Positions 37,743-52,326 of a stretch of DNA of 64,000 bases are shown here, one piece after another (positions within the stretch are counted from its first letter, which is position 1; the number at the start of each line of letters is the position of its first letter). The position numbers and the translations under genes are program-made. The DNA is from Octopus sinensis (lineage: Eukaryota), in NCBI RefSeq assembly GCF_006345805.1, contig NC_043017.1:4774001-4838000 (forward strand), written 5' to 3'. The notes under the pieces were generated by a model. The model ran no database searches and was not told the origin of the DNA. It worked only from the letters and a program-made list of their open reading frames with translations.

Positions 37743-38351
37743 GATGTAAACTCCCCTTGAGTCCCAACCGGGAATTGAACTCATAACTTTATGATCGCAA
37801 GCCAAATACCCTAACCACTAAGCCATGCAATTTCACATTGAATATCGATTACACCCTTCACTGCTGCACCCATCAAATGTGGTCAGCATTCGTGAGGGAC
37901 ATGGTGAACTCGTTGGGGTCAGAATCGACTAAACCCATCCCAGATGAATGTCGCTACAGGTACAAGTACAATAACAGTGTCCCTTCTTCCAACCAGTATC
38001 AGGGACCTTACAAAAGGGTCAAGGGTCATAGATAAATCCCTACCTCCTTCTAGTGAAACCCTAAAACAATAAGCCCCCAATATTTATGGACATTAGTTTA
38101 ACGCTAGTATTATCATACACTAAAACGGGACTTTAAATCTCAAGATTAACGACATCAGATTAAAGATTAAAGAATAAAGCTGAATTTCTGTTCGGAACTT
38201 AAGGTTATTTGTTTTGGTTATTGTTTTCTTCTTCATGATAATGTTTTCGTATTTGTGACAGAATTGAGAACTGTTTGTTGTGGTATCAGATTCTTAATCT
38301 GATTAACGTTTTTCACATTCCTCCTAAGAATTGCTAAATGGTTTTGGGGAT

Positions 38352-38392
<41 letters not shown>

Positions 38393-40715
38393 AAAGGGAT
38401 TTGGATTAATGCAAGCTTAAAAATGTAACAAATTGGGTTATAAAAATAAAGGGGGTAAAGTAAAAAAAAAAAATGTAGTTTATTTTCTAAATATTGTTAC
38501 TTTTTAAGTAAATGGCTGTAGGTAAACTCCACACACACACACATACATCGGTACACACAACACAAACACATTGGTGCACACACACACAAACAAATGCATG
38601 TATACATACATTAACACAAACATACATGTCGCATGAGGTTCTGCATGTGCATACACACAGGCTGCCGTAAATGTATACTTATGCACATTGATAGAAATGC
38701 ATACATGTGTAGGTGTATACGCATACGTCGATATATTTGTAGTTATTTCTGCTTTAAAGATCATCGTCTTTTATTTGTTTCGGTCATTGTGGCCATGCTG
38801 GGGCTGCCTTGTGGAACAAATTGATCACATCCTCCTCTTCCTCATCATCATCATCCAGTAGTATTTTAAATCCAGGTTATTGTCCCTATTAATAGGGGTG
38901 GCCAGATCTACCTCAATGCCATAGCAACCGAGGTAGGCAGGGGTAGCCCACCCCAACCTTTGGGCTGGCTGGTGCCTATTCTCCTTTGCTATCATGGGGC
39001 TTTTTTGGAGCTGGATTTTCTACGGGGCGCATTCCCTTGTTTACTTCCAGCCTCAGTTTCTAGACATGAGTGGTCCCTAGTCCTTGGCCTCTACCACAAT
39101 TTTTAAGAAATGTGGTGGAAAACTAACTTAGGAAAGCAGGGACGCTACTCCCTGAGACCCCTTTCGGAGCCCCCTCCCCTACCACAGTAGAACATAATTC
39201 TTTTTCTATTATATTTTTACTTGCTTCAGTTATTTGACTGCAGCCATACTGGAGCACCACCTTAAAAGGTTTTAGCTGAGCAAATCGACTCCAATACTTG
39301 TTTCTTTTTAAAGCCTAGTACTTATTCTATCAGTCTCTTAAATTGAACCTCTAAGTTACAGGGACGTAAACACACCAACACCAGTTGTTAATCAGTGATG
39401 CATGGAAGAATCAGACACAAAAACACACACATAAATGTATGAACCTGGAATCATGTGGTTAGAAAGCAAGTTTCTAACCAGACAGCCTTGCCTGCAACCT
39501 ATATTTCAGAAAGAAAAAAAAACAAAAAAAAAACACAAACACCATAGTGTGAAGAGGTGGAGGAAAAAAAAATCCAGAAATTAAAATAAGACATCCACTT
39601 CATTGAGAGTGTGTGTGTGTGTGTGTGTTGTACCTAAATACTTAGTTGTTGACAAGTTATTATTATCAGCTGGAGTGGGGAAGCAGGTCACTGGTTGAAA
39701 TGATTACAGACCTCGTTCAACTGTTGTGTACTGGAACATGACCGCACAAGAATTTGAACTCAGCACTCTTAGGTGATGTCGTTGACGGTGAAGACGATTT
39801 TGCCATGACCACCACCACCACCACCGTTCTCAGTAATTGGGAATTGGACAACATGTTTTTTTCTTTTTTTCTAATATATTTGTTAAAGTCATTTGACTGC
39901 GGCCATGCTGGAGCACCGTCTTCTGTCGAGCAATTCGATTCCAGGACTTATTCTTTGTAAGCCTAGTACTTATTCTATTGATCTCTTTTTGCTGAACCGC
40001 TAAGTTTTGGACATGTAAACATGCCAGCATTGGTTGTCAAGCGATGTTGGGGAGGAACAAACACACACACACACACACACATATGACGGGCTTCTTTCAG
40101 TTTCCCCCAACAAACGAAGTTGGGGGGACAGACACACACATACACACACACACACATATATATATACGACAGGCTTCTTTCAGTTTCCGTCTACCAAATC
40201 CACTCACAAGGCTTTGGTCGACCCAAGGTCATAGTAGAAGACACTTGCCTAAGGTGCCACACAGTGGGACTGAACCCGAAACCATGTGGTTGGTAAGCAA
40301 GCTATTCACCACACAGCCACTCCTGCGCCTATTACTGAATGTATTTTTAGGGCAGCGAGCTGGCAGAATTGTTAGCATGCCAGGCTTAGTGACATTTTTG
40401 AGATTAAGAGTTGTCACCTGATGTGTGTGGGCCTAACCCTTTAGCATTCAGATTCCCCAGGTAAATATAACACTTATTTTCCACATTGTTTTGAATTAAT
40501 CAGGCGTCATTGTAGCTTCAAGATTTCAGTGATGTAACTGTATTTTTAAAATGAAATTATAAAGGTAGGTGTGAAAAGCCAGTGTTTGAACATAAATCTA
40601 TACATATAAAGCTGAAGTTGTCTGTGTGTCTGTGGCAGGTTTGGTAGCCTTCAACTAACATTATCTCCCCCAGGACCCTGCGGCGCAAGTTGACCAAAAT
40701 TGAGAGTATGATAGA

Positions 40716-41160
40716 CACGGGCATGGAGTGCCTCATGGAACCAGCATGGGTACCTCATGTAGCACTATTATGGGGTGCCTCATACATAGCATTGGCATGA
40801 GTGCTTCATATGTGGAACTGGCATGGAGTGCCTCATATGTGACACTGGCATGGGATGCCTCATACGTGGCACTGCCATGAGGTGCCTCATATGTGACACT
40901 GGCATCGGGTGCTTCATACTTCACACTGTCACAGGTACATTTTATGTGACACCAGCATAGAGTGCCTCAGATGTGGGACTGGTACGAGCGTCTTATGTGG
41001 CACCAGCACAGGTGCCATATATGTGTACTGGCACGGGGTGCTTCATACATGGCATCAACATGGATGTTTTATATGTGGCACTGGTACAGGTGGTCTTACA
41101 TGTGACACTGGCACAAGTGCCTCACACGTGACACGAGTGCTTTACATGTGACACCAGCAC
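40716..41160. repeat. ~25-27 bp minisatellite (tgtgacactggcatggagtgcctcata)
   Basis: About 16 degenerate units. Explains the TYEA-repeat ORF at 40733-40924. Confidence 0.85.
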
Positions 41161-41789
41161 ATAGGCATGTAGAATGATATTACAATGTTCAATATATTAT
41201 ATATTTCTCATTCTCCCTAATATGACATGTTTATCACAGTGTTATATCTATTTTATTGGTATCTGATATCGGTGCTACTGCATAGCAGAGTAATTCTGTG
41301 GGTTTATTAGACGAATCTACCGTTATATCTGATGCATAAACTGTAATACAAGTTTAATGATATATTGTGATAGCTGTCCATTGTGATTATCATGATATCC
41401 ATTATAATATGTACGACAAATGAAGCTCGCCTGAAATATCCTGAAATATCGTACATATTGTAAATGATATTTAATGGAATAAAATATTTGTGTATTTCGC
41501 AAACGGAATAGGAAAACAAATTGTTTCTGACTTTATACACACATACATATGTCTCTAGATCAAATTAACAGAAAGCAAAAGATGAAGACAGGTGAGGGAA
41601 CAAGAAGCGAGTGTATTAGTTTAACACTTAGGAAGAATGGAAAAGTCTGATGTTTCGAGTCTATGCTCTTTGACAGAAAGGATTGAGAGGTAAAAAAATG
41701 GAGAGAGAATGAAAAAAGGAAAAATAATGTATATGGAATAATGGTTATATAGTTATACATACATACATGCCAGGTCTTCTCATTCACAG

Positions 41790-41799
41790 CATATATCTA

Positions 41800-41840
<41 letters not shown>

Positions 41841-41933
41841 ATCCAAATTTCTGAGTACCTCATTTCTTCTAATATATGTATATATTATATGTATGTATAT
41901 ATATATATATGTGTATATTATATAAGTGTATAT

Positions 41934-41964
<31 letters not shown>

Positions 41965-42183
41965 GTATATATTTATATGTATAATCCCTCTATATATAAA
42001 TTAATATGTTCAATAAGAAATAATTATTTTCGAAAATTTTTCTCTTATGAGGTTTTTACGCTATCTACCTGACAATTTCTTGTTAAGTTTTCCTATTAAG
42101 TAGTTGTCCTTAATTGCTAAATCTATATGTTGTATATATATAGATATATATATATATATATATGTAGATATATATATATATAT

Positions 42184-42232
<49 letters not shown>

Positions 42233-42255
42233 GATAGATATATATATATATATAG

Positions 42256-42295
<40 letters not shown>

Positions 42296-42334
42296 GTATA
42301 TATATTATATATGTATATAATATATATATATCTC

Positions 42335-42371
<37 letters not shown>

Positions 42372-42406
42372 GTATCTATATATATATGTATAATATATAT
42401 ATGTAT

Positions 42407-42440
<34 letters not shown>

Positions 42441-42610
42441 GTATATAGAATATATATGTATGTATATATATATATGTATGTATATATATATGTATATAAT
42501 ATATATGTATATATATATATATGTATAATATATATATGTATAATATATATGTATATATATATATAGGTATATATATATATATGATATATATATATGTATA
42601 TATATATATG

Positions 42611-42641
<31 letters not shown>

Positions 42642-43235
42642 GTATAGATATATATATGTATGTATATTATATATGATATATTATCTATATGTATATATAT
42701 ATGATATAATATGTATATGATATATATATGTATAGTATATATAATGTATATGTATATATATATGTATATGTATATATAATATATATATATGATATATATA
42801 TATGGTGTATATCTATATATATGTAATATAGATGTATATATATATAGTATATATATATATATATATGTATATATTATGTATATATATATATGATATATAT
42901 ATATGTAATATAATATGTAGTATATATATATGTATATATATAGATATATATATTGATATATATATATGTATATATATATATGTATATATATTATGTATAT
43001 ATAGTATAATATATATGTATATATATATTGTATATATATTATATAGTATATATTAATGTAATATATATATATATATGTATGTTATATATATATACTGATA
43101 TATATATATATATATTATATATATGTATATATATATATATATATATTATATATGTATATATATGTATATATATATATATGTATATAGAATATATATATGA
43201 TATATATATATATATGTATATATCTATATTATATG

Positions 43236-43270
<35 letters not shown>

Positions 43271-45026
43271 GTATATATATATGTATATATATATATATAT
43301 ATGTATATATAATATATATGTATATATATATATATATGTATATTCAACTGAAAGAGGGGGTAATATGCCCTATCCATAAGGAGAGGTAGCAGAGCAGATG
43401 CTAAAAATTATAGGCCTATCTCTCTGACCTCACACATCAGCAAAGTCATGGAACGAATAATCCGTAAGAAACTAATCATGTTCCTTGAAGAAAATGACTT
43501 ACTGTCTGACACCCAGCAGGATTTCGACCAGGTAGAGGCTGCCTAACACAGCTCCTGCAACACTATGACTGGGTGTTGAAACAGCTACTAAATGGCTCAA
43601 ATGTGGATGTAATATATCTTGACTTTGCAAAGCCTTTGATAAAGTCGACCATGGTATGATCTGTCACAAACTGCGTGGTCTCGGCATAGGCGGGAAACTT
43701 GGAGAGTGGCTGCACAACTTCCTAAAAGACAGAAAAAAGGCAGTTGTGAGCAATGGAGCCACCTCCAGGAAACGCAAATAACAAGCGGTGTCCCACAGGG
43801 CACTGTCTTGGGGCCACTGATGTTCATAGTGGCCCTTTCAGACATGCCTTCAGTTGCTACGATGACCACCCTTGCTAGCTATGCAGATGACACAAAAGTC
43901 TCCCACGCAATACAAAACCCTGAAAATATTGCGCATCTGCAACATGAGCTGGACACAATATACAGGTGGGCTGAGGACAACAAAACATGCAGTTTAATGC
44001 AGGTAAGTTCCAGGCCCTGCGCTACTGGCACACAAAGGTAAATGACGTGAAGACTGGATACACTGCCCAGGAAGAATTGCATCCCTGAGTCAAAATCAGT
44101 GCGTGACCTGGGCATTGACATGAGCAATGATGCATCTTTCCAAATGCATATTGCTAATCTGGTGATAAAATGCAGACGGCTAGCTGGATGGATTCTCCGA
44201 ACTTTCAGAACAAGAGAGAAGGAGACACTGATGGTCCTATGGAAAACATTGTCCTCAGCCGCTTGGACTACTGCTCCCAACTTTGGTCACCACACAATAT
44301 AAAACAAACAGCAGAACTCGAAGCAAACTCAGAGAAGCTAGACAAAGAAAATCGTCTCAATGCAAAATGTCAGCTACTGGGAAAGACTGAAGGTATTAAA
44401 ACTCTTCTCCCTGGAGCGGAGGCGGGAGAGATATGCAGTGATATACATCTGGAAAATCCTGGAGGGTCTTGTCCCAAACTTTGGCATTCAAAGTTACTCC
44501 AACCGCAGAACGGGGCGCCGCTGCGTGGTGCCAAGGATTCCAACATCACCATCAAAATACAGGTCCAGATACTGCAACAGCTTGGGTTTAGAGGACCACA
44601 GCTCTTTAACATCCTCCCTAAATGCCTGAGAGACTTACATGGTGTGGATGTGGGTTTCTTTAAAACTAACTGGATCTCTCTTGTTGGGAGTCCCAGATGA
44701 ACCTACCTCACGACAGGAGACACGGATGGGGCAGCAGCATCGAATCCCTTGTTGATCAAGTGCCACGTATCAGAGGTGGATTCACAAACTAGTGTAGCTC
44801 ATTCAGCGGTGGTGCCCAGCATGGCCGCGGCCTTCGGGCTAATACATTTTTAAGGATTTAAGGATTTAAGGATATATGTATATATATATATATGTATATA
44901 TTATTATATATAGTATATTATATATTTATATATATAGTATATATATATATGTATATATATATAATATGTATATATATATGTATATATGTATATATATATG
45001 TATATATATATGTATATATGTATATA

Positions 45027-45086
<60 letters not shown>

Positions 45087-45088
45087 GT

Positions 45089-45119
<31 letters not shown>

Positions 45120-45227
45120 TATGTTATAGTAATATATATATATATGATAATAGATATATATGTGTATATATATATATATGTGTATATATATATATCGTAT
45201 ATATATATATATATATATGTTATATAT

Positions 45228-45260
<33 letters not shown>

Positions 45261-45353
45261 ATATTATAATGATATATAATATATATATGTATGTTATTGT
45301 ATGTATATATATGTATGTATAATATATATATGTATGTATATATATATGGATGT

Positions 45354-45384
<31 letters not shown>

Positions 45385-46187
45385 ATATATATATGTATGT
45401 ATATAGGATGTATGTATATATATATGTATGTATATATATATGTATGTATATATATATGTATGTATATATATATGTATGTATATATATATATGTATGTATA
45501 TATATATGTATGTATGTATATATATATGTATGTATATATATATATATGTATGTATATATATATATGTATGTATATATATATATGTATGTATGTATATGTA
45601 TGTATATATATATGTATATATATATGTATGTGTATGTATATATATATATATATGTATGTATATATATATGTATGTATATATATATATATGTATGTATATA
45701 TATATGTATGTATGTATATATATGTATGTATATATAATATATATGTATGTATATATATATGTATGTATGTATATATATATGTAGTTGTATATATATATGT
45801 ATGTATTATATATGTATATATATATATATATGTAGTATATATATGTATGTATGTATATATATATATGTATATATGTATATATATATATGTATGTATATAT
45901 ATAGAATATGTATGTTATATATATATGTATGTATAGATATATATATATATGTATGTATATATATATTATGTATTATATATATATATATATGTATGTATAT
46001 ATAATTGTATGTATATATATATATATATATATATGTAGTATATATATATATATATATATATATGTAATATATAGATGTATGATATATATATATATATATG
46101 TATGTATGATATATATATTATGTATATATATGTATGTATATAATATGTATGTAATATATATGTATGTATAAATATATGTATGATATA

Positions 46188-46228
<41 letters not shown>

Positions 46229-46410
46229 ATATATGTGTATATATATATGTATATGTGTATATATATATGTATATGTGTATATGTATATGTGTATATATGT
46301 ATATATATGTGTGTGTATATATGTATATATATGTGTGTGTGTATATATATATATGTGTATATATGTATATATATGTGTGTGTGTATATATATATGTGTAT
46401 ATATATATAT
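41790..46410. repeat. Giant imperfect (TA)n/(TATG)n array interrupted by a LINE
   Basis: About 1.5 kb of TA-rich repeat on each side of 43344-44873. Confidence 0.95.
43344..44873 (+). mobile_element. 5'-truncated CR1-group LINE, reverse transcriptase pseudogene
   Basis: Frameshifted RT: [94 protein letters not shown]. Tail is (ttaaggat)n. Confidence 0.95.
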
Positions 46411-48173
46411 GGATGCAATACCAATTTTATGTGATGTATGCCTACATATGTGGTTGTATCTATTTGTTTTTTCTATCTATGTATCTATCTGTCTGTCTGT
46501 TTGGATGTGTGTGTGTATTGTAATGTCAAATAATTATAATAATTTCATAAGGTTCTGGCAAATATTTTGCATTATCGAGGCAAATTAATTTTGATAGCTG
46601 ATTTATTTATTGTGATAGCCAGCTCATTAAATATTCTGATAGCTATCAAATTGATATCAGACTAAATTTATTATGATACTAAGCTAATTTAATCATGATA
46701 ATTCGTAACATAAGGTCAGGTCTTTTGAAAGAAAATATATAATGTTTTGATAAAATTGATACCAGTGTTTGACCGTTCTTTTATTTTATTGACCTTGGGA
46801 GGATGAAATACGAAGCCACTCGCAACGGGATTTGAGCTTGAGTATATAAAAAGTGATGAAACACGGTGTGGCTGGGTGGTAAGAGGTTTGATCCTTAACC
46901 TTGTGGTTTCATGTTCAGTCCCATCGTGTGGTGCTTTGAGCAATTGTCTTTTTTTTTGCCCATCAGATGTGTGTGTGCGTGTGCACACGCACGCATGTGT
47001 GTATGTATATATATTTATATGTATTTATATGTGTGTGTATGTGTATATGTATTTATAAGTATATGTGTCCATGTGAGTATATATGTATTATATGTATATA
47101 TTATATTATATGTGTATATGTATATATTATATGTATATATGTGCATGTGTATATATGTGTGTGTATATATATATATACACATGTATGTATATATATATAT
47201 ATATGTACATGTATGTATGTATATATATATGTATATGTGTGAGTATGTATGTGTGTGTGTGTTTGTCTTTCACTGCTACTTGACAACCAGTGTTAGTTTG
47301 TTTACATCCCTGTAACTTAGTCCAGCAGAAAGAGACCAATAAAATAAACACCAGGCCGAAGAAAAAAAAATAAAGAAAGAAAGAAATAAAATACCGGAAT
47401 TGGTTTGTTCTACTAAACTCTTGAAGGCAGTGCTCCAGCATGACCACGGTCTAATGACTGAAACAAGCAAAAAATTCAAGCCAAAAGCCCTTTGTCTGCC
47501 ATACTATATGATATTCTAGTATCATCTCCCTCTTATTTAATTGTCCAGATATCACAATATTGTGATATCTACCATATATATTTTGCATTATCATGCAAGC
47601 TGATTGCAATGCAGATCTCAATTTACGATTGTATTAGACTAATCTGCGTTCACATCAGTTATTCTATCCGTAATGCAATAAAACATTGACCGAGTGTGCC
47701 TATTGCAAAAGCTAGCTTGATAATATTGCAACCTAATATCTGGTCAATAGTTTTTATAGTTTTTATGTCAATTATAATAATTATTCTGGTAGTAGAATCA
47801 TGCTAAAAGATAAAAAAGAACAACAAGGAACTCAAGAAGAAAACATGGAATCTGTAAGCTGTGGTGGAAGCAGTTCCATCGAGGAGGAGAAATAATTGGC
47901 ACTTTGTCGTTTATGATAACGAGGGTTCCAGTTGGTCTGATCAACAGAACAGCCTGCTTGTGAAATTAACGTGCAAGTGGCTGAGCACTCCACAGACATG
48001 CAGTTCTCAGAGAGATTCAGTAGAACAGAGAAGGTGACAAGGCTGGCCCTAATTACAGGTACTACTCAGTAGAAAAGAGCAATGGGAAATAAAGTATCTT
48101 GCTCAAGGACGCAATGTGCCTCGTGAGTCAAATACCTTAACCACTAAGCCATGCACCTTCACAGGAGGGGTAA

Positions 48174-48449
48174 TCTATATATATATATATAAGCTGAAGT
48201 TGTCTGTGTATGGCAGGTTTGGTAGCCTTCAACTAACATTATCTCCTCCGAGACCCTGCGGTACAAGTTGACCAAAATTGAGAGAATAATAGAAAAAGGC
48301 TTGCTCTTCCTTCCGTAGAAGAAAAAATTCAAATCGGACCAGGTTAAGACCAAAAATTATTTACATCAAAAAGGTGCTTTTTTTCTATGAAAATCCCTAT
48401 TTTTTACGATTTTTTTTACTGCTGTGTCGCCAGTGGGCAACACTGCTAG
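48174..48449 (+). mobile_element. Non-autonomous Helitron (short variant)
   Basis: A|TC start, homology to 29527-29920, small hairpin cagtg..cactg and CTAG|T end. Confidence 0.75.
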
Positions 48450-50222
48450 TAATTTTATATAAGAATAAGTAAAGGTGTATGAGACGTTTTGGCACAGCTG
48501 TTTTGGCATAGCTGTTTTGGCTCTGCCTGTCTGGCATTGCTGATTCAATACTGACTTGCTTGACATCAGATGTTTTGATGATTTTCCCCCATTTGACAAC
48601 TAGTGCTGGTATGTTTATGTATGTAACTGAGCAGTTTGGCAAAAGAGACTGATTGAGTAAGTAGGCCTTAGAAAAAAAAAAACAAGTGCTGGGGTCAATA
48701 TATTCGACTAAAATTCTTCAAGGTGGTGCCCCTTCCCTGCCCTGCATGGCTGCAGTCTAATGACTGAAATGAGTAAAAGATGCAATTAGGTTGAAGCATA
48801 ATGGCTGTGAGGTTACAGGGCTAGACTATTTACTCTGAGGGTCATGAGTTCAAACCTTAGTAGGGACATTCATTTTTGTATTTATTTCTATGTGTGTGTG
48901 TTACACTTGGTAAATAGATAACAGGCACTACTCTGGCTTCAATGATGACTGTTTAAGGTAAAAGGTATATGTAGCTGGGTGATTTGAGGTAGAACAGGTA
49001 TCCAGCTGGGTGATCTGAGGTAGAACAGGTATCCAGCTGGGAAATTAATGGGTCGCAGAGAAAGAAACAAACAAGTGGAACAGAGAAAATAACATATGAG
49101 AAAATGGGGGGGGGGTAAAGTATTCCCCATCCCTGCTCCCTACTTTTATATATTAACATATCTATATTACTAAATTAACTCTGTGCGTTCATGTGAATGC
49201 ATGCATGCATGCATGTGTGTGTGTGTGTGTGTGTGTTTCAATCAAGCCTTGTCTTTGACCTGAAATTCACCCCTTTTAGTGAAGCAGGGTGGGTGGGTGA
49301 CGGAGTTGAATAGCGGGAGAGGCAAGGATGTTTCCTAGAAATCAAATGACATATTTTATTCACCTGCACTGTGTGTGTGTGTGTGTGTGTGTTTGAGGGA
49401 TGTCTTTCATATAGGAATGTTGCTTACTTAACTGTCTATAAAGATAAATACAACAGTGACAGTTACACCCACCCCCACCCGCCCCCGTGTCCCTGCTTTG
49501 CCACCAATGCCAATATTTGCAGAAACTGTATTGGTTGATGCTAATGAAGTTGTCACTCTTGCACAAAGTGTGGTGGTGGTGGTAGTAGTGGTGGTGGTGG
49601 TGGTGGAGGAAACCATGGAGTTTCAATGACCAGAAACTGTTTTTATGAACCTTTGACATTCTCAACGATATAATCTGTGAATATAAATTTGCTACACAAT
49701 TTGGGGGGGAACAGAGTTCGTTTCGGGAGCTGAAAGCTGTTGTGAATAAGGAGAAGGAGCTGGCAAAAACGTTAGCACGCCGGGCGAAATGCTTAGCGGC
49801 ATTTCGTCTGCTGCTACATTCTGAGTTCAAATTCTGCCAAGGTCGACTTTGCCTTTCATCCTTTCGAGGTCGATAAATAAAGTACCAGTTACACACTGGG
49901 GTCGATGTAATCGACTTAATCCGTTTGTCTGTCCTTGTTTGTCCCCTCTGTGTTTAGCCCCTTGTGGGCAATAAAGAAATAAGAAACGTTAGCACGCCGG
50001 GCGAAATGCTTGGCAATATTTCGTCTATCTTCATGTGCTGAATTCAAATTCCGCCGAGGTCGACTTTGCCTTTCATCCTTTCGGGTTGGTAAATTAAGTA
50101 CCAGTTGCTTACTGGGGTCGATCATATCGACTGGTTCTTTTGCCGAACCGCTAAGTTACGGGGATGTAAACACACCAGCATCAGTTGTCAAGCAATGTTG
50201 CAGGGACAAAATCAGACAAAAG

Positions 50223-50259
<37 letters not shown>

Positions 50260-51123
50260 GATGGGCGTCTTTCAGTTTCCGTCTACCAAATCCATTCACA
50301 AGGTTATGGTAGAAGACACTTGCCCAAGGTGCCATGCAGTGGAACTGAACTCAGAATCATGTGGTTTGGAAGCAGGCTATTTACCACATAGCCATGTCTG
50401 CACCTATACATATATATATTCTTCTTTTCAGTCATTTGACTCTGGCCATGCTGGAGCACCGCCTTTAGTCAAACAAATCGACCCCAGGACTTATTCTTTG
50501 TAAGCCTAGTACTTATTCTATCTGTTTCTTTGGCAAACTGCTAATTATGGGGACGAAGACACACCACCATCAGTTGTCAAGCGATGATAGGGAGACAGAC
50601 AGTCAGACAGACACAAACACGCACACACACACACACACACACATACATATATACACACAATGGGCTTCTTTCAGTTTCCATCTACCAAATCTACTCAAAA
50701 GGCTTTGGTTAGCCTGAGGCTACAGTAAAAGACACTTGCCCAAGGTGCCATGCAGTAGGATTGAGCCTGAAACCATGTGGTTGGTAAGCAAGCTACTTAC
50801 CACACAGCCACTTCTAACGTGTGTGTGTGTGTACTATCATAGAGAAAATGAATTGCATGTATGTGTACACACATGTACGCACACACACACACACATATAT
50901 ATTTACACACACACACACACATATATTTACACACACACACTCACGCACACACACATATATATATATTTATATATATATACACACACACTGTATATATATA
51001 TATATACATACAGAGCCACAAAATAGAAAGTCAATTTGATATGAAATTTATCCGCTGTCGCATCAGATTCCTTCATTATCATTTCCAATTAATCCACTCG
51101 CTGCTGCTACTGCTGCTACTGCT

Positions 51124-51162
<39 letters not shown>

Positions 51163-51427
51163 TCTAGTGTCTACGTGGGAATTCTGTATAAATCAAAGTT
51201 GTACTCTGGCTGCTTATATAATCTCTTTGACACATTGGAATCTCATTCAAAGCAAAAGACGAAATACAACTCACACATTCACACACACATTCACACACAC
51301 ACATATACATAAATTTACATACACTTGCATACATGCATCTTTTATCTTTTACTTGTTCGATCGTTAGACTACGGCCATGCTGGGGCACCGGCTTAAAGAA
51401 ATCTTGTTGAATAAATTGACAACAACA

Positions 51428-51589
51428 GGCGTAGGAGTGGCTGTGTGGTGAGTAGCTTGCTTACCAACCACATGGTTCCGGGTTCAGTCCCACTGCGTGG
51501 TATCTTGGGCAAGTGTCTTCTACTATAGCCTCGGGCCGACCAAAGCCTTGTGAATGGATTTGGTAGACGGAAACTGAAAGAAGCCCGTC

Positions 51590-51635
<46 letters not shown>

Positions 51636-51841
51636 ATATATGTTTGTGTGTTTGTGTTTGTCCCCCCAACATCGCTTTGACAACCGATGCTGGTGTGTTT
51701 ACGTCCTCGTAACTTAATGGTTCGGCAAAAGAGACCGATAGAATAAGTACTAGGCTTACAAAGAATAAGTTGAGTTGATTTGCTCGACTAAAGGCGGTGC
51801 TCCAGCATGGCCACAGTCAAAATGGCTGAAACAAGTAAAAG
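51428..51841 (+). mobile_element. SINE family A, full length and young-looking
   Basis: Complete head, CORE-like domain, internal microsatellite and tail. Lies inside or next to an older minus-strand copy (51340-52140). Confidence 0.9.
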
Positions 51842-52139
51842 AAGAATACTTTTCTTATTTTTATTATAGCCTGGTACTTAGGCTATTAGAATGTTATCCA
51901 AACTGTCAAGTTATGAGGATGCAAACACACCAACACCGGTTGTCAAGTCGTGGTGGCGGAGGACAAGGACACACACACACACACATGATGAGCTTCTTTT
52001 AGTTTCCATCTGCCAAATCCACTCACAAGGTTTTGGTTAGCCCGAGGCTATAGTAGAAGACACTTGCCCAAGGTGCCACACAGTGGGACTGAACCCGGAA
52101 CCATGTGGTTTGGAAGCGAACCTCTTACCACACAGCCAC

Positions 52140-52288
52140 AAACATACATACATAGAATGTATCTCACATATACATGTATACACACATTGATGAATATATG
52201 CACACATGCGTACATTAACACACATACACAGTAATACACACACACATATACTCACATGCACACATCTACACATGCAGAAACATATATA

Positions 52289-52326
<38 letters not shown>

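Noticed and set aside
40716-41160. Regular ~27-bp repeats suggesting a CRISPR array or repeat protein (also 58340-58680, 62725-62970)
   Set aside because: Head-to-tail degenerate units without unique spacers in eukaryotic DNA: minisatellites.
48803-48868. tRNA-like sequence with A/B-box-like motifs (also 54455-54530, 55195-55265)
   Set aside because: No complete cloverleaf. These are SINE heads or decayed derivatives, not tRNA genes.
49360-49896. 178-aa ORF with poly-His
   Set aside because: The N-terminal part is a family B SINE and the His run is a (GGT)n repeat.
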